From the NCBI GenBank assembly GCA_963669175.1, contig OY769902.1, forward strand, positions 3,040,001 to 3,104,000: a DNA stretch of 64,000 nt. The letters are read 5' to 3'. A program made the translations under genes and the position numbers. Below are positions 29,368 to 39,758 of this stretch, piece after piece (position 1 is the stretch's first letter; each line of letters opens with the position of its first letter). This DNA is from a bacterium. GTDB lineage: Bacteria > Electryoneota > Electryoneia > Electryoneales > Electryoneaceae. The notes under the pieces are model-generated. The model worked only from the letters and a program-made list of their open reading frames with translations, was not told where the DNA came from and searched no databases.

Positions 29368-30359
29368 AGTTTGCTGGACGAAATTTCGGCTGGGTGAAAA
29401 TTGTATTGACTGCAACGCTGATGCTCGCCATATCCGGAGCAATCATCAATTTCCAGGCGCTGGCCCAGGGGTTGGAAGACCTGTTCAACGAGGACACCTT
29501 GAGTCTCGGCTTTCGTTCATCCGATCAACCTGAAACCAGCAAACTACGCGATTGGGGAATCAACTACTTTGCCCTGCCGGTGGACAGTATCCCGGAAGGC
29601 GCTGCCTATTCTCCCGCCCCGGAAAGACTGCCGTTCGGGGTGGGGGAGCGTTTACGTTATCACATGGATTTTTCCTTTGTCCGTGCCGGGTACAGCGAGA
29701 TGTCCATCATTGATGTTGATTCCACTACCAATGTACCGTCCTATCGTTTTCGCAGTCGTGTGAGAAGCACGTCCACAATCGACTGGGTGTACAAGGTTCG
29801 TGATGTGGTTGAGGCGTGGTTTGCGCTTGACGGCCTGTATTCCACGCGCTATGAACGCCGAGTTCATGAAGGCAGCTACAACAGCATCAAGTTCTGCGAT
29901 TACAATTCCAACACCGGGTGGGTGTCCCTGTCGAATGAATTCGGCCCCAAGGGTATGTCCACATTCGACCCGTTCAGTCACAATATCATTTCCGGGTTAT
30001 ACTGGATTCGTTGCCAACCTTTCATCGAGGGCGTGGATATTCGCATTCCGGTGCATGATATCGACAAGCAGTATCCCCTGAGAGTTGTGGTGTATGGGAA
30101 AGAAAAGGTGGAGGTTCCGGCCGGAACATTCACTTGCTGGAAGGTTGAACCCATTGTCGAGTCTGAAGGCCTGTTTAATAAGGAAGGCCGCTTGTGGATC
30201 TGGTTCACCGATGACGAGAACCGTATCCCGGTGAAAATGAGCAGCGAGATACCTGTGGGCACTGTCGATGGCAACCTCGCATCGTATCGCCTTGGGCAAC
30301 CCTGGCAACCCGGTCTGGTAGTGCCGCGTGATGACTCCGATTCCAAGTGGGATTGGTAG
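29364..30359 (+). CDS. DUF3108-domain exported protein
   Basis: GERLRY, VEVPAGTF, IWFTDDENRIPVK. Confidence 0.8.
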   Translation: MKFAGRNFGWVKIVLTATLMLAISGAIINFQALAQGLEDLFNEDTLSLGFRSSDQPETSKLRDWGINYFALPVDSIPEGAAYSPAPERLPFGVGERLRYHMDFSFVRAGYSEMSIIDVDSTTNVPSYRFRSRVRSTSTIDWVYKVRDVVEAWFALDGLYSTRYERRVHEGSYNSIKFCDYNSNTGWVSLSNEFGPKGMSTFDPFSHNIISGLYWIRCQPFIEGVDIRIPVHDIDKQYPLRVVVYGKEKVEVPAGTFTCWKVEPIVESEGLFNKEGRLWIWFTDDENRIPVKMSSEIPVGTVDGNLASYRLGQPWQPGLVVPRDDSDSKWDW

Positions 30360-30474
30360 AATCAACACTGCCAGATACCTCTCCTCAGAGAAACATTGTA
30401 ACCCAACCGCTAGCCATTCCGTCTCTTGAAAAACAAGACAGGGTAAGAGTATACCTTTGCAAGGAGAATGGACG

Positions 30475-31335
30475 ATGCTTCGATCCCGATTTTTCACCTT
30501 TTCCGGCGCGCTGTTGATCGTGGTCGGATTATCCTTATACGCTGTTGCCGACGACAATATTACCAAAACTTTCAGCGAACCACTTGGTGATGTGAAAGCT
30601 GCCGAAGTGCAGATCGAGCTTGGCTTGGCAGAGATTGACGTCGCACCCGGCCCTAAAGATGAACTGGCTTCTATCTCTGCGCAGTTTAATCCCGAATACA
30701 CTGAGCCTGTATTGGATGTGGAGAGGGATGGCGATAACGCCTATATCATGATCGAAGCCAAAGAGATCAAAAAACGTCGTGGTCTTGCCAGCAAAGACGT
30801 CGATGATGAGTACTCCATCACGTTAAATCCTGATATTCCAATTCAGTTGAGAGCTGAATTTGGGGTGTGTGAAACGGACGTTGATCTTTCGGGTATGACT
30901 ATTGAGAGGCTGGTTCTTGAATCCGGAGTGTCCGAAACGGATGTTGTCCTGAGCGCTCCGAACCAGACTCGCGCACGCCTTGTCAGGATCGAGACGGGAG
31001 TTTCCGAATTTAATTCCGAAGGATTTGGCTACCTGCATTTTGATCGGCTTGAATTTGATGGCGGTGTCGGCGCCAGTGTGCTGGATTTTCAGGGCTACCA
31101 GGGCGATGGAATTGTTGAAATTTCTGTCGGGCTTGGCGACTTGAATATTATAATTCCTGACAATGTTGGAGTTCGTCTCTATTATGAGAAAAGTTTCCTT
31201 GCAAGCGTGGACCTGAAGCGCTTTGACAGGGTTGGCAATGACAGCTATGAATCCGAAGATTATGACAAGAAGGAACACCACCTGGAGATCGATCTGGAAG
31301 TCGGTCTGGGCGCCGTTGATTTCAAATGGAAGTAA
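30475..31335 (+). CDS. Exported beta-repeat protein (LiaF/DUF2154/toast-rack-like)
   Basis: Signal peptide; repeated GVSE/GVG/GLG beta-strand units. Confidence 0.65.
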   Translation: MLRSRFFTFSGALLIVVGLSLYAVADDNITKTFSEPLGDVKAAEVQIELGLAEIDVAPGPKDELASISAQFNPEYTEPVLDVERDGDNAYIMIEAKEIKKRRGLASKDVDDEYSITLNPDIPIQLRAEFGVCETDVDLSGMTIERLVLESGVSETDVVLSAPNQTRARLVRIETGVSEFNSEGFGYLHFDRLEFDGGVGASVLDFQGYQGDGIVEISVGLGDLNIIIPDNVGVRLYYEKSFLASVDLKRFDRVGNDSYESEDYDKKEHHLEIDLEVGLGAVDFKWK

Positions 31336-31358
31336 GGGGCAGTACTTGCGGTTGCAAA

Positions 31359-31403
31359 CCGTCAGGTCACACGCATGAAAAGCGTATGCGCAAGACCTGA
31401 CGG
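31359..31403. repeat. GTCAGGTC-type REP hairpin
   Basis: CCGTCAGGTCACAC...CAAGACCTGACGG; same family as 51021-51061. Confidence 0.65.
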
Positions 31404-31462
31404 AACCCTGTCTGAAGTGGAAGTAAGGGGGCAACTGTAATTATTGATTCGGTGCAAAGACG

Positions 31463-31960
31463 AGCAGACCGGCTAACCCGAATATTTCACCAATGCAATT
31501 TCAAATTTGGTATTTGATGGAATGGCCAGTACAAGAACCACGGCAGTGGTTCTCTGTATTAGCCCACCGTCCAGCGCCGTCTGTTTGGCGCTCACGGTGG
31601 GAATAGGATGTACGCTACTTGCCAACCCCGGCAGCGGGTTGCCTGAATATTTCCACTGTATACTTTTGATAATTATCAGGTTACTCCTTCCGGAGTAAAT
31701 ATATGGTGCGCATTATCTCCCCGGGTAGCCGCCAAACTGACGGCGGCTGCCCGGGGCTAATACAGGTTGCCCCTGCCGGGGCGGTTGCCGATTCTCAGCC
31801 TATTTTGCCAGCGAAACAGGGAATAGACACGCAAAGGGATACCGGAGCAAACTGTCCCCTGAAAAATGCTGTATGAATCAGTTGTATTGTGTTGATATGA
31901 ACTGTGTTAAGATGAATATCCATGTTCCGTTCATGAAATATTCCGGCTAACCGGTCTGCT
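31463..31960. mobile_element. Non-coding element bounded by 27-bp inverted repeats (MITE-like)
   Basis: 31463-31489 vs 31934-31960 match 24/27; no target duplication seen. Confidence 0.5.
31511..31786. repeat. REPIN-like palindromic element (uninterrupted copy)
   Basis: Hairpins with GCCGTCTGTTTGGC-type loops; reverse complement of 60560-61240 without the insert. Confidence 0.8.
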
Positions 31961-32184
31961 TTTGTCTCGGGAGTTGGTTTGGGTGTCCTAACTCGTGTTG
32001 ATAAACTTCAAATCAGCGTATAGCTTTATTTCAGCCATCAGACAGGCGCTATCCTGGCATTCGGCCCCCCACGATGAAGGGAAAAGCGTAACTGGTGGCA
32101 TTTTCTCTCTGCCTACTTTCTTGCGGATTCCCTTTTAATTTTCTTCGTAAAGCGTTATCCTTCCAGTAACAATCGGGAGCTGGT

Positions 32185-33171
32185 ATGGTTGAAGTGCCTT
32201 ACTATCATCGGAAGGGCGACAGGATCGTTTGCGACATCTGCCCGGTACATTGCAAACTGCATGAAGGGCAGGTAGGGGTATGCGGAGGCCGTGAAGTAAA
32301 CGATAACGTACTCGTGGCGTCCAACTATGGCCGTGTAGTCGCCATGCACATGGATCCCATTGAAAAAAAACCACTTTATCATGTGGCGCCCGGGAAAACA
32401 ATCCTGTCTGTCGGTCCCAACGGATGCAACATGAACTGCCGCTGGTGCCAGAACTGTGATATCTCGCAGGGGCGTGTACGGACAGAATATGTCACACCCG
32501 AGGCGATGGCGGGAATGGCGTGCAACCGTGGATCAGTCGGAATTGCTTATACGTACACCGAGCCTTTAATCTGGTTTGAGTATCTGCGGGACACCATGCC
32601 GCTTGTCAGGAAAGCGGGCGGAATCAATGTGCTGGTAACCAACGGGTACATTGAGAAGGAACCGCTGGAAGAGTTATTGCCCTGGATTGATGCTGCGAAT
32701 ATTGATTTGAAATTTTCCGAGGCGGGATTGTATAAGAAGTACTCTGGTGCGCACATGGAGGCTGTCCTGCATACAATTACACGGATGCATGAGGCGGGAG
32801 TGCATGTTGAACTGACGCACCTCGTTGTGACAGGGCTCGTGGATAATGAGGATCATTTCTCACGGCTCGTAAACTGGGTTGCTGAGTTGGATTCGTCAAT
32901 TCCGCTGCATATCAGCAGGTATGGTCCACGGTATCAGTGGGAAAAGCCGCCAACGAGCGAGGCTTTCCTCCAATTTGCCTATTCGCATGCGAAAAAGAAA
33001 CTGGATTATGTTTACGTTGGCAATATCTACCTGGCGGGAACATCGGATACATTTTGTCCGAACTGCGGAGCCACTTTTATCGAGCGCAGTGGGTACCAGG
33101 TCAGGATAGACGAACTGGATGGAAACTGTTGTAAGCGTTGTGGAAATGAGATACCTGTAATGATTCTGTAG
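32185..33171 (+). CDS. amrS: AmmeMemoRadiSam system radical SAM enzyme
   Basis: CDICPVHC, DPIEKKPLYH, CNMNCRWC, YTYTEP, C-terminal CPNC/CKRC. Confidence 0.92.
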   Translation: MVEVPYYHRKGDRIVCDICPVHCKLHEGQVGVCGGREVNDNVLVASNYGRVVAMHMDPIEKKPLYHVAPGKTILSVGPNGCNMNCRWCQNCDISQGRVRTEYVTPEAMAGMACNRGSVGIAYTYTEPLIWFEYLRDTMPLVRKAGGINVLVTNGYIEKEPLEELLPWIDAANIDLKFSEAGLYKKYSGAHMEAVLHTITRMHEAGVHVELTHLVVTGLVDNEDHFSRLVNWVAELDSSIPLHISRYGPRYQWEKPPTSEAFLQFAYSHAKKKLDYVYVGNIYLAGTSDTFCPNCGATFIERSGYQVRIDELDGNCCKRCGNEIPVMIL

Positions 33172-33246
33172 AATCGGCCTGTGCAAAGCTCTCCCGGAAT
33201 GAAACGAAACAGTTGTAAATGCGTAAGAGGAGTGCTACTTATCGCC

Positions 33247-33275
33247 TTGACTCATATAAGGGTGAGGCATAAATT
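33247..33275 (+). promoter_or_regulatory. Sigma70-like promoter
   Basis: TTGACT, 17-bp spacer, TAAATT. Confidence 0.4.
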
Positions 33276-33353
33276 CGGTTTCCGCTTCGAATTGGGGGCA
33301 ACTTGGATCATAGTAAGAGATCCGTTAAGAACGTGAACCATTCACGACTACAC

Positions 33354-34652
33354 ATGCGGTCTGCTTTGGAAAACAAACTGACTCGATGGCGTTATCTGCT
33401 AAGTTTGATGCTGATTACGCTTGGTGTGACTCTCATCCTGACAGGATGCGGTGAATACTCCGATACAACTGGATCGGGCATCGTAGACAACGAGTTACAG
33501 GGGATCACGCGAGAAGCCTGGTTCCCCATGGATTCGGCTTCGGTGATGCAAATCGGTGATGCTTCCAAATCATCTCCGACAAACCTGTATATTGGTAAGC
33601 AGGCAGGCATCACCTCGGATATCGTAATCCAGTTTACCAGTTTTACAGCCCTGTACGATTCTGTAGCATCCATCGACTCGACAGTCCTGGTGATGTATGG
33701 CATGGGAGTCGTGGATACGAGCAGCATCCAGGATACCAGCGCCTGGTCGGCAGATGTGTACCGCATCGATTCCGACTGGGAGTACACGGATATGCTGTAT
33801 GATTTCAGCATGGACACAACACTGATTGCCCATATCGACAGCTTTGGCCGATACCAGGTTCTTTATGTTGATGATGATGATACCACAGCCAACATTGACT
33901 CGGTGATTGTCCCTATCGACAACGAAACCATGTATAGCTGGGTTTATGATACCCTGGCCTATGGGCTTCGGATCAGGCCTTCTGAAGATGCCGGTTTTAT
34001 AAAGAAATTCCAGTCACGCTACAATGCGACTGACGCAAGTTATCTGCCAGTGCTTCAGGTGACAGGAACCTTTATCGAATTTGAAATTGATGGCGATGAC
34101 ACCACATTCACGCCTTATGATACTACGCTGTATGTCTACTCGACGATCACAACGTACATGACGGACGATTCTTACGAAGTTCCGGATAACCGCATTGTAC
34201 TGGAGGAGGGATTCGGTAGAAACATCCTTCTCTGGACCAACCTGGAACAGTATTTCTACGATGAACTGGGACTGGTAAGTGAGCAGCTAAGTATTAACAA
34301 GGCTGTTCTGTACATGAACCAGGCTCCCGATTCATCTGATATCGTACTTTCAGGGATGGTGCTTCGAGTATACGATATCGAAGAGTCCTGGTTTGAAGAT
34401 CCTGATTCGACCACGCTCGGGTCGGTATCCTCATCCAGTTACGCCTTGCCTGATGATACCTCACTGGTTCGCATTGACATTACCACACTGGCCAGAAAAT
34501 GGGAGACCTATCCGGACCAGAACTTCGGGGTAGCCATTCGTCCCTATAACCAGACTTCACGGTTGGGGCGAGGGATATTTTATTCTACAGATGCCGATAG
34601 TGCGCAACGTCCATGGTTGCGACTCATTTTTACGGAGTACGACCTGCCATGA
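33354..34652 (+). CDS. Acidic lipoprotein (DUF4270/DNRLRE-like)
   Basis: Lipobox LILTGC; C-terminal IDITTLARKW...NFGVAI...FYS..RP.L; start uncertain. Confidence 0.65.
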   Translation: MRSALENKLTRWRYLLSLMLITLGVTLILTGCGEYSDTTGSGIVDNELQGITREAWFPMDSASVMQIGDASKSSPTNLYIGKQAGITSDIVIQFTSFTALYDSVASIDSTVLVMYGMGVVDTSSIQDTSAWSADVYRIDSDWEYTDMLYDFSMDTTLIAHIDSFGRYQVLYVDDDDTTANIDSVIVPIDNETMYSWVYDTLAYGLRIRPSEDAGFIKKFQSRYNATDASYLPVLQVTGTFIEFEIDGDDTTFTPYDTTLYVYSTITTYMTDDSYEVPDNRIVLEEGFGRNILLWTNLEQYFYDELGLVSEQLSINKAVLYMNQAPDSSDIVLSGMVLRVYDIEESWFEDPDSTTLGSVSSSSYALPDDTSLVRIDITTLARKWETYPDQNFGVAIRPYNQTSRLGRGIFYSTDADSAQRPWLRLIFTEYDLP

Positions 34653-35869
34653 AACGTGTAATCCTTTTCCTCACTATCGGGGTGATGTTTCTTATCGGAA
34701 CCGCTGATGCCGCCAGTATCTTCGGGAGTGGCGGGTTGGGTATTCCGCGTACGTATTCCGGTACACGCTATGCTGCTCTTGCTGAAGCGGGACTGGCCCT
34801 TAGCGACAGCATTTACATCAATCTTGACAACCCGGCCTCGTTTGCCAGTGTCGGGTTGACCAGGTTTACCATGAGTGCTTTCATCTCGAAAACGACTGCT
34901 GATGATCCGAACACCTCGGACAAGCAGGATGATTTGGGCTTTGAAGGCGCGGCGTTTGCCCTTCCGATATACAAGCAATATGGCCTGGGATTCCAGTATC
35001 AGCCGATGACAGACCACAACTTCCTGTTTAACAGCAGGGGCTGGTACGAAACGGATGAACCGATCCAGGATCAAACGGCTTTTCTCTATACTGACCGTTT
35101 CCAGGGCGAAGGCGGTATTTCCCGGATCAGCCTGACTGGCGCTGCAACCTATGGTCCTGTCAGCATCGGTATCAGTGGACAGTATATTTTCGGTATGACC
35201 GAGTTGTTGTCCAAGCGATCTTTTGAAAGTGATGCATTACTTGCTTCCGGTCAGTACAGGAGTAATGAGCTGTCCGGGTATAGCGCTAAGATTGGTGTCA
35301 CGGCATCAGCGCGACGTAACCTTCAGTTCGCGGCCGTCGCGCAACTACCCGCCAAAATATCAAACACGACAGTGACAGAGTTTGAGGGTGGCGATTCGAG
35401 CCAGGTCGAAGGTAAAGATGTTGAGCTTCCCATGGGGATTCAGATCGGCGCTGCCTGGCGGGTTGGTAAGAGCACATTTGCAGCGGATGCCGGGATGGAA
35501 TTCTGGGAGGATACCAACACGGACTGGCAACCCTCCATGAAACCGAATAATGTGGTATCCGCGCAATTGGGTTACGAATTCCGTCCGACTCACCTGATTC
35601 TTGTAGATTGGTATAAAAAACTAACGTATCGCGCTGGAATTTCGTATAATGAGAACTATTATCTCGTGCAGGATGAAGTAGTCAATTCCATTCGCGCGTC
35701 CGTAGGTTTCGGCATTCCGGTACGGATGGCTCGTGGGATGCTGGATTTCGCAGTATATACGGATATGCGTGGATACAATACTTCATTTAACACGCGAGAA
35801 ACTGTCTGGGGCTTGCAGATGGGGTGGAGCGCCACTGAAGCCTGGTTCCAGAAACGGAAACGGCGGTAA
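34649..35869 (+). CDS. Outer-membrane beta-barrel (FadL/PorV-like superfamily)
   Basis: Signal peptide, NLDNPAS, amphipathic strands, C-terminal EAWFQKRK. Confidence 0.7.
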   Translation: MKRVILFLTIGVMFLIGTADAASIFGSGGLGIPRTYSGTRYAALAEAGLALSDSIYINLDNPASFASVGLTRFTMSAFISKTTADDPNTSDKQDDLGFEGAAFALPIYKQYGLGFQYQPMTDHNFLFNSRGWYETDEPIQDQTAFLYTDRFQGEGGISRISLTGAATYGPVSIGISGQYIFGMTELLSKRSFESDALLASGQYRSNELSGYSAKIGVTASARRNLQFAAVAQLPAKISNTTVTEFEGGDSSQVEGKDVELPMGIQIGAAWRVGKSTFAADAGMEFWEDTNTDWQPSMKPNNVVSAQLGYEFRPTHLILVDWYKKLTYRAGISYNENYYLVQDEVVNSIRASVGFGIPVRMARGMLDFAVYTDMRGYNTSFNTRETVWGLQMGWSATEAWFQKRKRR

Positions 35870-35971
35870 CCGGAAGCTGGTTGTTGTGCCGTACCTTTTG
35901 TTTAAAGTCGTAAGTAAAAGATTGGAAACGATACAATAGCGTTGTATTGTCGGGTGTAAAGGAGAGGGAAG

Positions 35972-37273
35972 ATGAAGCGAGCATCTTGGATCGCGCCGGT
36001 GCTGGGATTGTTGTTGGTGACATGGTTCTTTGGTTGTATGCAGCCACCTGAAACCACAACTGAACTGACTCCGGAACAAATTCAGGCTCAGAAGGATTCC
36101 ATCGCCAAGGCGAATGAGAAAGAACTGAAAAAATGGCGCATGTTCGCGTTTGACAAGGTCAAGGAACAGAACTGGCTGAAAGCGCGCGAATATTTCTGGA
36201 AGGTTGTTGACCTGGATGTGAACCACCAGTACAACGACTGGGCCTTTATCTACCGTACCTATACCGAGACGAGCGATATGGACAGCGCCCAGGTCGTGCT
36301 CGGCATGGGGCTCGAGTATCATCCGAATGATGCCTTCCTGAATTCCACGCTTGGTTTCTTCAAGATGAAGCAGGGTGACAATGAAGAAGCCTACCAGCTC
36401 TATTGCAAGGCGGTTGAAGTAGAGCCGGAAAATGTGGAATACCTGGAAAAGAAGGCGGAGCTGGAAGAAGCGCTGGATATGCCGGACGAAGCCATTGCAT
36501 CCTGGGAGCAGGTTGTGGCTATGGCGCCGGACAACCAGAGCGCTAAAGACCGTCTGACTTCACTGGTAAAACGGCATCGTGATCCTGAAGAATACATCGC
36601 CGCCCTGGAAGCGGACCTTGTTGCCAACCCGGAAGACATGTTCAAACATCGTGAACTGTTGCTGGCGTTGAATGACCAGGGACTCAACGAGCGCGTTGTT
36701 GAACAGGCAGACAAGATGTTGGCGATTGATGCCACCTATGTGGATGCCTATCGCTACAAGGCAGCCTCACTGGAAAACCTGAACAAGCTCGGCGATGCGA
36801 TCACGACCTACGAAAAGCTGCTGGAAGTTCAGCCCGATGCCGGTTGGGCCATGCTGCGTATCGCAGACAACAAGCGTCTGCTGAACCAGTTCTCCAGCGC
36901 CCGTAGCTGGGTTCTGAAGGCACGTGAAGCCAATGTGAATCCGCAGGAAGCAAACTTCACCCTGGGGATGATTTTCGAGAGCGCTGGCGACAAGTGCAGC
37001 CCCGGTGGTGTGCCGGATTATAATGATAAGCTGACTTATGTGATCGCATACGGCCTGTATCGTCAGGCTGTTGATGGAAACGACTACGGTATCAAGGATA
37101 AGGCTGATCGCCGTATCGAATTCCTCAAGCAGTTTATCCCGTCCTATTCCGACTGGTTCATGAACCAGACGAAGAAGCGCCCGGCGAAGAGCTGCTACGA
37201 CTGGATCAATGACAACTGGTCCGAAGTGCGTTACATTGACACCTACCTCGGACAGGTTGAGAAGAGCAAGTAA
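35972..37273 (+). CDS. TPR-repeat lipoprotein
   Basis: Lipobox-like FFGC; several TPR-like helical repeats. Confidence 0.8.
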   Translation: MKRASWIAPVLGLLLVTWFFGCMQPPETTTELTPEQIQAQKDSIAKANEKELKKWRMFAFDKVKEQNWLKAREYFWKVVDLDVNHQYNDWAFIYRTYTETSDMDSAQVVLGMGLEYHPNDAFLNSTLGFFKMKQGDNEEAYQLYCKAVEVEPENVEYLEKKAELEEALDMPDEAIASWEQVVAMAPDNQSAKDRLTSLVKRHRDPEEYIAALEADLVANPEDMFKHRELLLALNDQGLNERVVEQADKMLAIDATYVDAYRYKAASLENLNKLGDAITTYEKLLEVQPDAGWAMLRIADNKRLLNQFSSARSWVLKAREANVNPQEANFTLGMIFESAGDKCSPGGVPDYNDKLTYVIAYGLYRQAVDGNDYGIKDKADRRIEFLKQFIPSYSDWFMNQTKKRPAKSCYDWINDNWSEVRYIDTYLGQVEKSK

Positions 37274-37296
37274 GATTGTTCGTCCATGACGATTCC

Positions 37297-37332
37297 ACAG
37301 CCCGGGTTGCTCGCAATTCGGGCTGTTTTTTT
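37297..37332 (+). terminator. Intrinsic terminator-like hairpin
   Basis: ACAGCCCGGGTTGC/GCAATTCGGGCTGT followed by a T-run. Confidence 0.6.
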
Positions 37333-37344
37333 CCGGAGGATAAC

Positions 37345-37782
37345 ATGAAACTGGTGATAGGATCGGACCACGGTGGCGTGGAGATGAAAGACTTCCTGCG
37401 TGAAAAGCTCAAAGAAGCCGGGCATGAGGTGATCGATGTCGGTACGCAGGGAAGCACAAGTGTCGATTACCCGGACATCGCCTTTGCTGCGGCAGATAAG
37501 GTTGTGAGCGGGGAAGTGGAGCGTGGCATTCTTGTCTGCGGGACCGGAATCGGGATGTCCATTGCAGCCAACAAGGTGAAAGGCATCTTCTGCGCCAAGG
37601 TGAACAGTGAGAGTGAAGGCGGGTTGGCTTCAGAGCACAACCTGACTAATATGATTGCGCTGGGAGGACGTACCACAGAGAAAGCTGTGGCGTGGAAGAT
37701 TGTGCAGGCATGGCTGACAACGCCACGTGGCGGAGAACGTCACCAGCGACGGGTGCAAAAAATCGCTGACCGGGATTGCTGA
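37345..37782 (+). CDS. rpiB: Ribose-5-phosphate isomerase B
   Basis: GSDHGG, DYPD, CGTGIG, ANKVKG, RHQRRV. Confidence 0.95.
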   Translation: MKLVIGSDHGGVEMKDFLREKLKEAGHEVIDVGTQGSTSVDYPDIAFAAADKVVSGEVERGILVCGTGIGMSIAANKVKGIFCAKVNSESEGGLASEHNLTNMIALGGRTTEKAVAWKIVQAWLTTPRGGERHQRRVQKIADRDC

Positions 37783-37818
37783 GCACTCTCCAGATTCATC
37801 AAGGACTCGTACGAGTAT

Positions 37819-37854
37819 TCACAGGATGAACAGGATAAGAAGGATTGGCAGGAT
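37819..37854 (+). repeat. Solo AGGAT x4 arm (9-bp period)
   Basis: TCACAGGAT GAACAGGAT AAGAAGGAT TGGCAGGAT, after the rpiB stop. Confidence 0.7.
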
Positions 37855-37939
37855 GTCTTTCATTCAGATATATCTGTGCAGTACGAATTGTTATTCAATT
37901 TATGCCCTTGTTTGCGCTCTTTCGATAAAATATATATTT

Positions 37940-38125
37940 GCTGGCGTCAGCAGGCTTTAGCCGGGGGAACAAGGAAAACAACCGTTCGAGCGCCCTTCAG
38001 GGTGCTTTCCTGATACGTAATGATTCGATGACGTTCAAGCACGCTAAAGCGCGCTCATAGCTTTTGTTATATCCATCCACCCGGCTAAAGCCGGGTGCTA
38101 AGGGGAGCCTGCTGAAGCAGGCTAA
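37940..38125. repeat. REPIN-like palindrome cluster
   Basis: GGCTTTAGCCGGG / CACCCGGCTAAAGCCGGGTG, paired inner hairpins, AGCCTGCTGAAGCAGGCT. Confidence 0.6.
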
Positions 38126-38445
38126 ATACTTTCGAATCAGCAAAAACTTTCGGGAACCCCTATAATCAACTCCAGCAAATTCAAACGACTGAACCTGTGA
38201 AATCTTTCGCAAGATGCTTATTGAGAAGAACAAGCCAAAAGAAATCCCACATAACCTGTGTAAATATTTCAACAGCTTAGCCCAACCCGTTTTGACTTCA
38301 TGCTCTTAGGGCTCGAAAGAGCCGGAATCCTTTTGTATATTCCCCCTTCATAAACGGCTTCAACCTCAAGAAACTGAAATACTTATTAAGGCGGCCTAAC
38401 AATGAGGCGTTTTAGTTTGTACCACGTTTCACATAGGAGATTCCC

Positions 38446-39753
38446 ATGAGCAGTGATGACCTAAAGCAGTTTGACCCGGAAATTGCTCAAGTAGTGGATA
38501 ACGAGTATGACCGTCAGACCCTGAAACTGGAAATGATCGCTTCGGAAAACATTGTCAGCCCACGGGTTCAGGAAGTGGCTGGCTCGGTGTTGACCAACAA
38601 GTACGCCGAAGGGTATCCGAAGAAACGGTACTATGGCGGTTGCAAGTTTGTGGATGAAGCGGAGCAGCTCGCGATTGATCGTGCCTGCGAACTATTCAAG
38701 TGCAAGTGGGCCAATGTGCAGCCACATTCCGGCAGCCAGGCCAACCAGGGCATGTACATGGCGCTGCTGGATCCATTTGCCAATGGTGACGGCACCAAGG
38801 TCAAGATCATGGGGCTTCACCTGAATCACGGTGGTCACCTGACTCATGGCAGCCCGGTGAATATTTCGGGACGTTTGTTCGACGTGCATCCATACACGTT
38901 GAACGAAGAGACCGGCCGGATCGACATGGATGAAGTGGCGAAGCTGGCGCGTGAAGTCAAGCCGAAGCTGATCGTGACCGGCGCTTCAGCGTATCCCCGT
39001 TTCTGGGATTTTGAACGGTTCCGTGAGATCGCGGATGAAGTCGGCGCTTATCTCGTCGCAGATATCGCTCACTTTGCCGGCGCGGTCGCAACCGGACTGC
39101 ATCCCGATCCGTTGCCCTATTGCCATTTGGTCACTACGACTACCCACAAGACCCTGCGCGGCCCACGTGGCGGCATGATTATGTCCAGCTTCGAGGGCGG
39201 CGAGATTTTGCTGTCCGGTATGCCGAAGCCGAAGACCATCACCGAAGCGGTTGACAGCGTGGTTTTCCCGGGTATCCAGGGCGGCCCTTTGATGCACATC
39301 ATCGCGGCCAAGGCAGTAGCCTTCAACGAAGCGCTCCAGCCGAAGTTCAAGGAATACATGCAGAAGGTTTTGGACAACGCGCAAGTGTTGGCGGAAGAAC
39401 TGAAGAAGCGTGATTTCAACCTGGTTTCCGACGGCACCGACAACCACCTGATGCTGGTTGACCTGTCCAACAAGGACGTTTCCGGCAAGGACGCTGAGAA
39501 GGCGCTGGAATGGAGCGGCATCACGGCGAACAAGAACATGGTTCCCGGCGACAAGAAAAGCCCGTTCATCACCAGCGGTATTCGTCTCGGTACCCCGGCC
39601 CTGACCACTCGCGGCATGGGCACAGATGAGATGAAGAAGATCGCTGAATGGATTGACCGAGTGATCCAGAATTGGGATGACAAGGAAAATCGTCGCGCTA
39701 TCCGTGCCGAAGTGGAAGAGATGGCGAGCCAGTTCCCGCATTTTGCTTGGTGA
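38446..39753 (+). CDS. glyA: Serine hydroxymethyltransferase
   Basis: [26 protein letters not shown]. Confidence 0.97.
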   Translation: MSSDDLKQFDPEIAQVVDNEYDRQTLKLEMIASENIVSPRVQEVAGSVLTNKYAEGYPKKRYYGGCKFVDEAEQLAIDRACELFKCKWANVQPHSGSQANQGMYMALLDPFANGDGTKVKIMGLHLNHGGHLTHGSPVNISGRLFDVHPYTLNEETGRIDMDEVAKLAREVKPKLIVTGASAYPRFWDFERFREIADEVGAYLVADIAHFAGAVATGLHPDPLPYCHLVTTTTHKTLRGPRGGMIMSSFEGGEILLSGMPKPKTITEAVDSVVFPGIQGGPLMHIIAAKAVAFNEALQPKFKEYMQKVLDNAQVLAEELKKRDFNLVSDGTDNHLMLVDLSNKDVSGKDAEKALEWSGITANKNMVPGDKKSPFITSGIRLGTPALTTRGMGTDEMKKIAEWIDRVIQNWDDKENRRAIRAEVEEMASQFPHFAW

Positions 39754-39758
39754 AGCGA

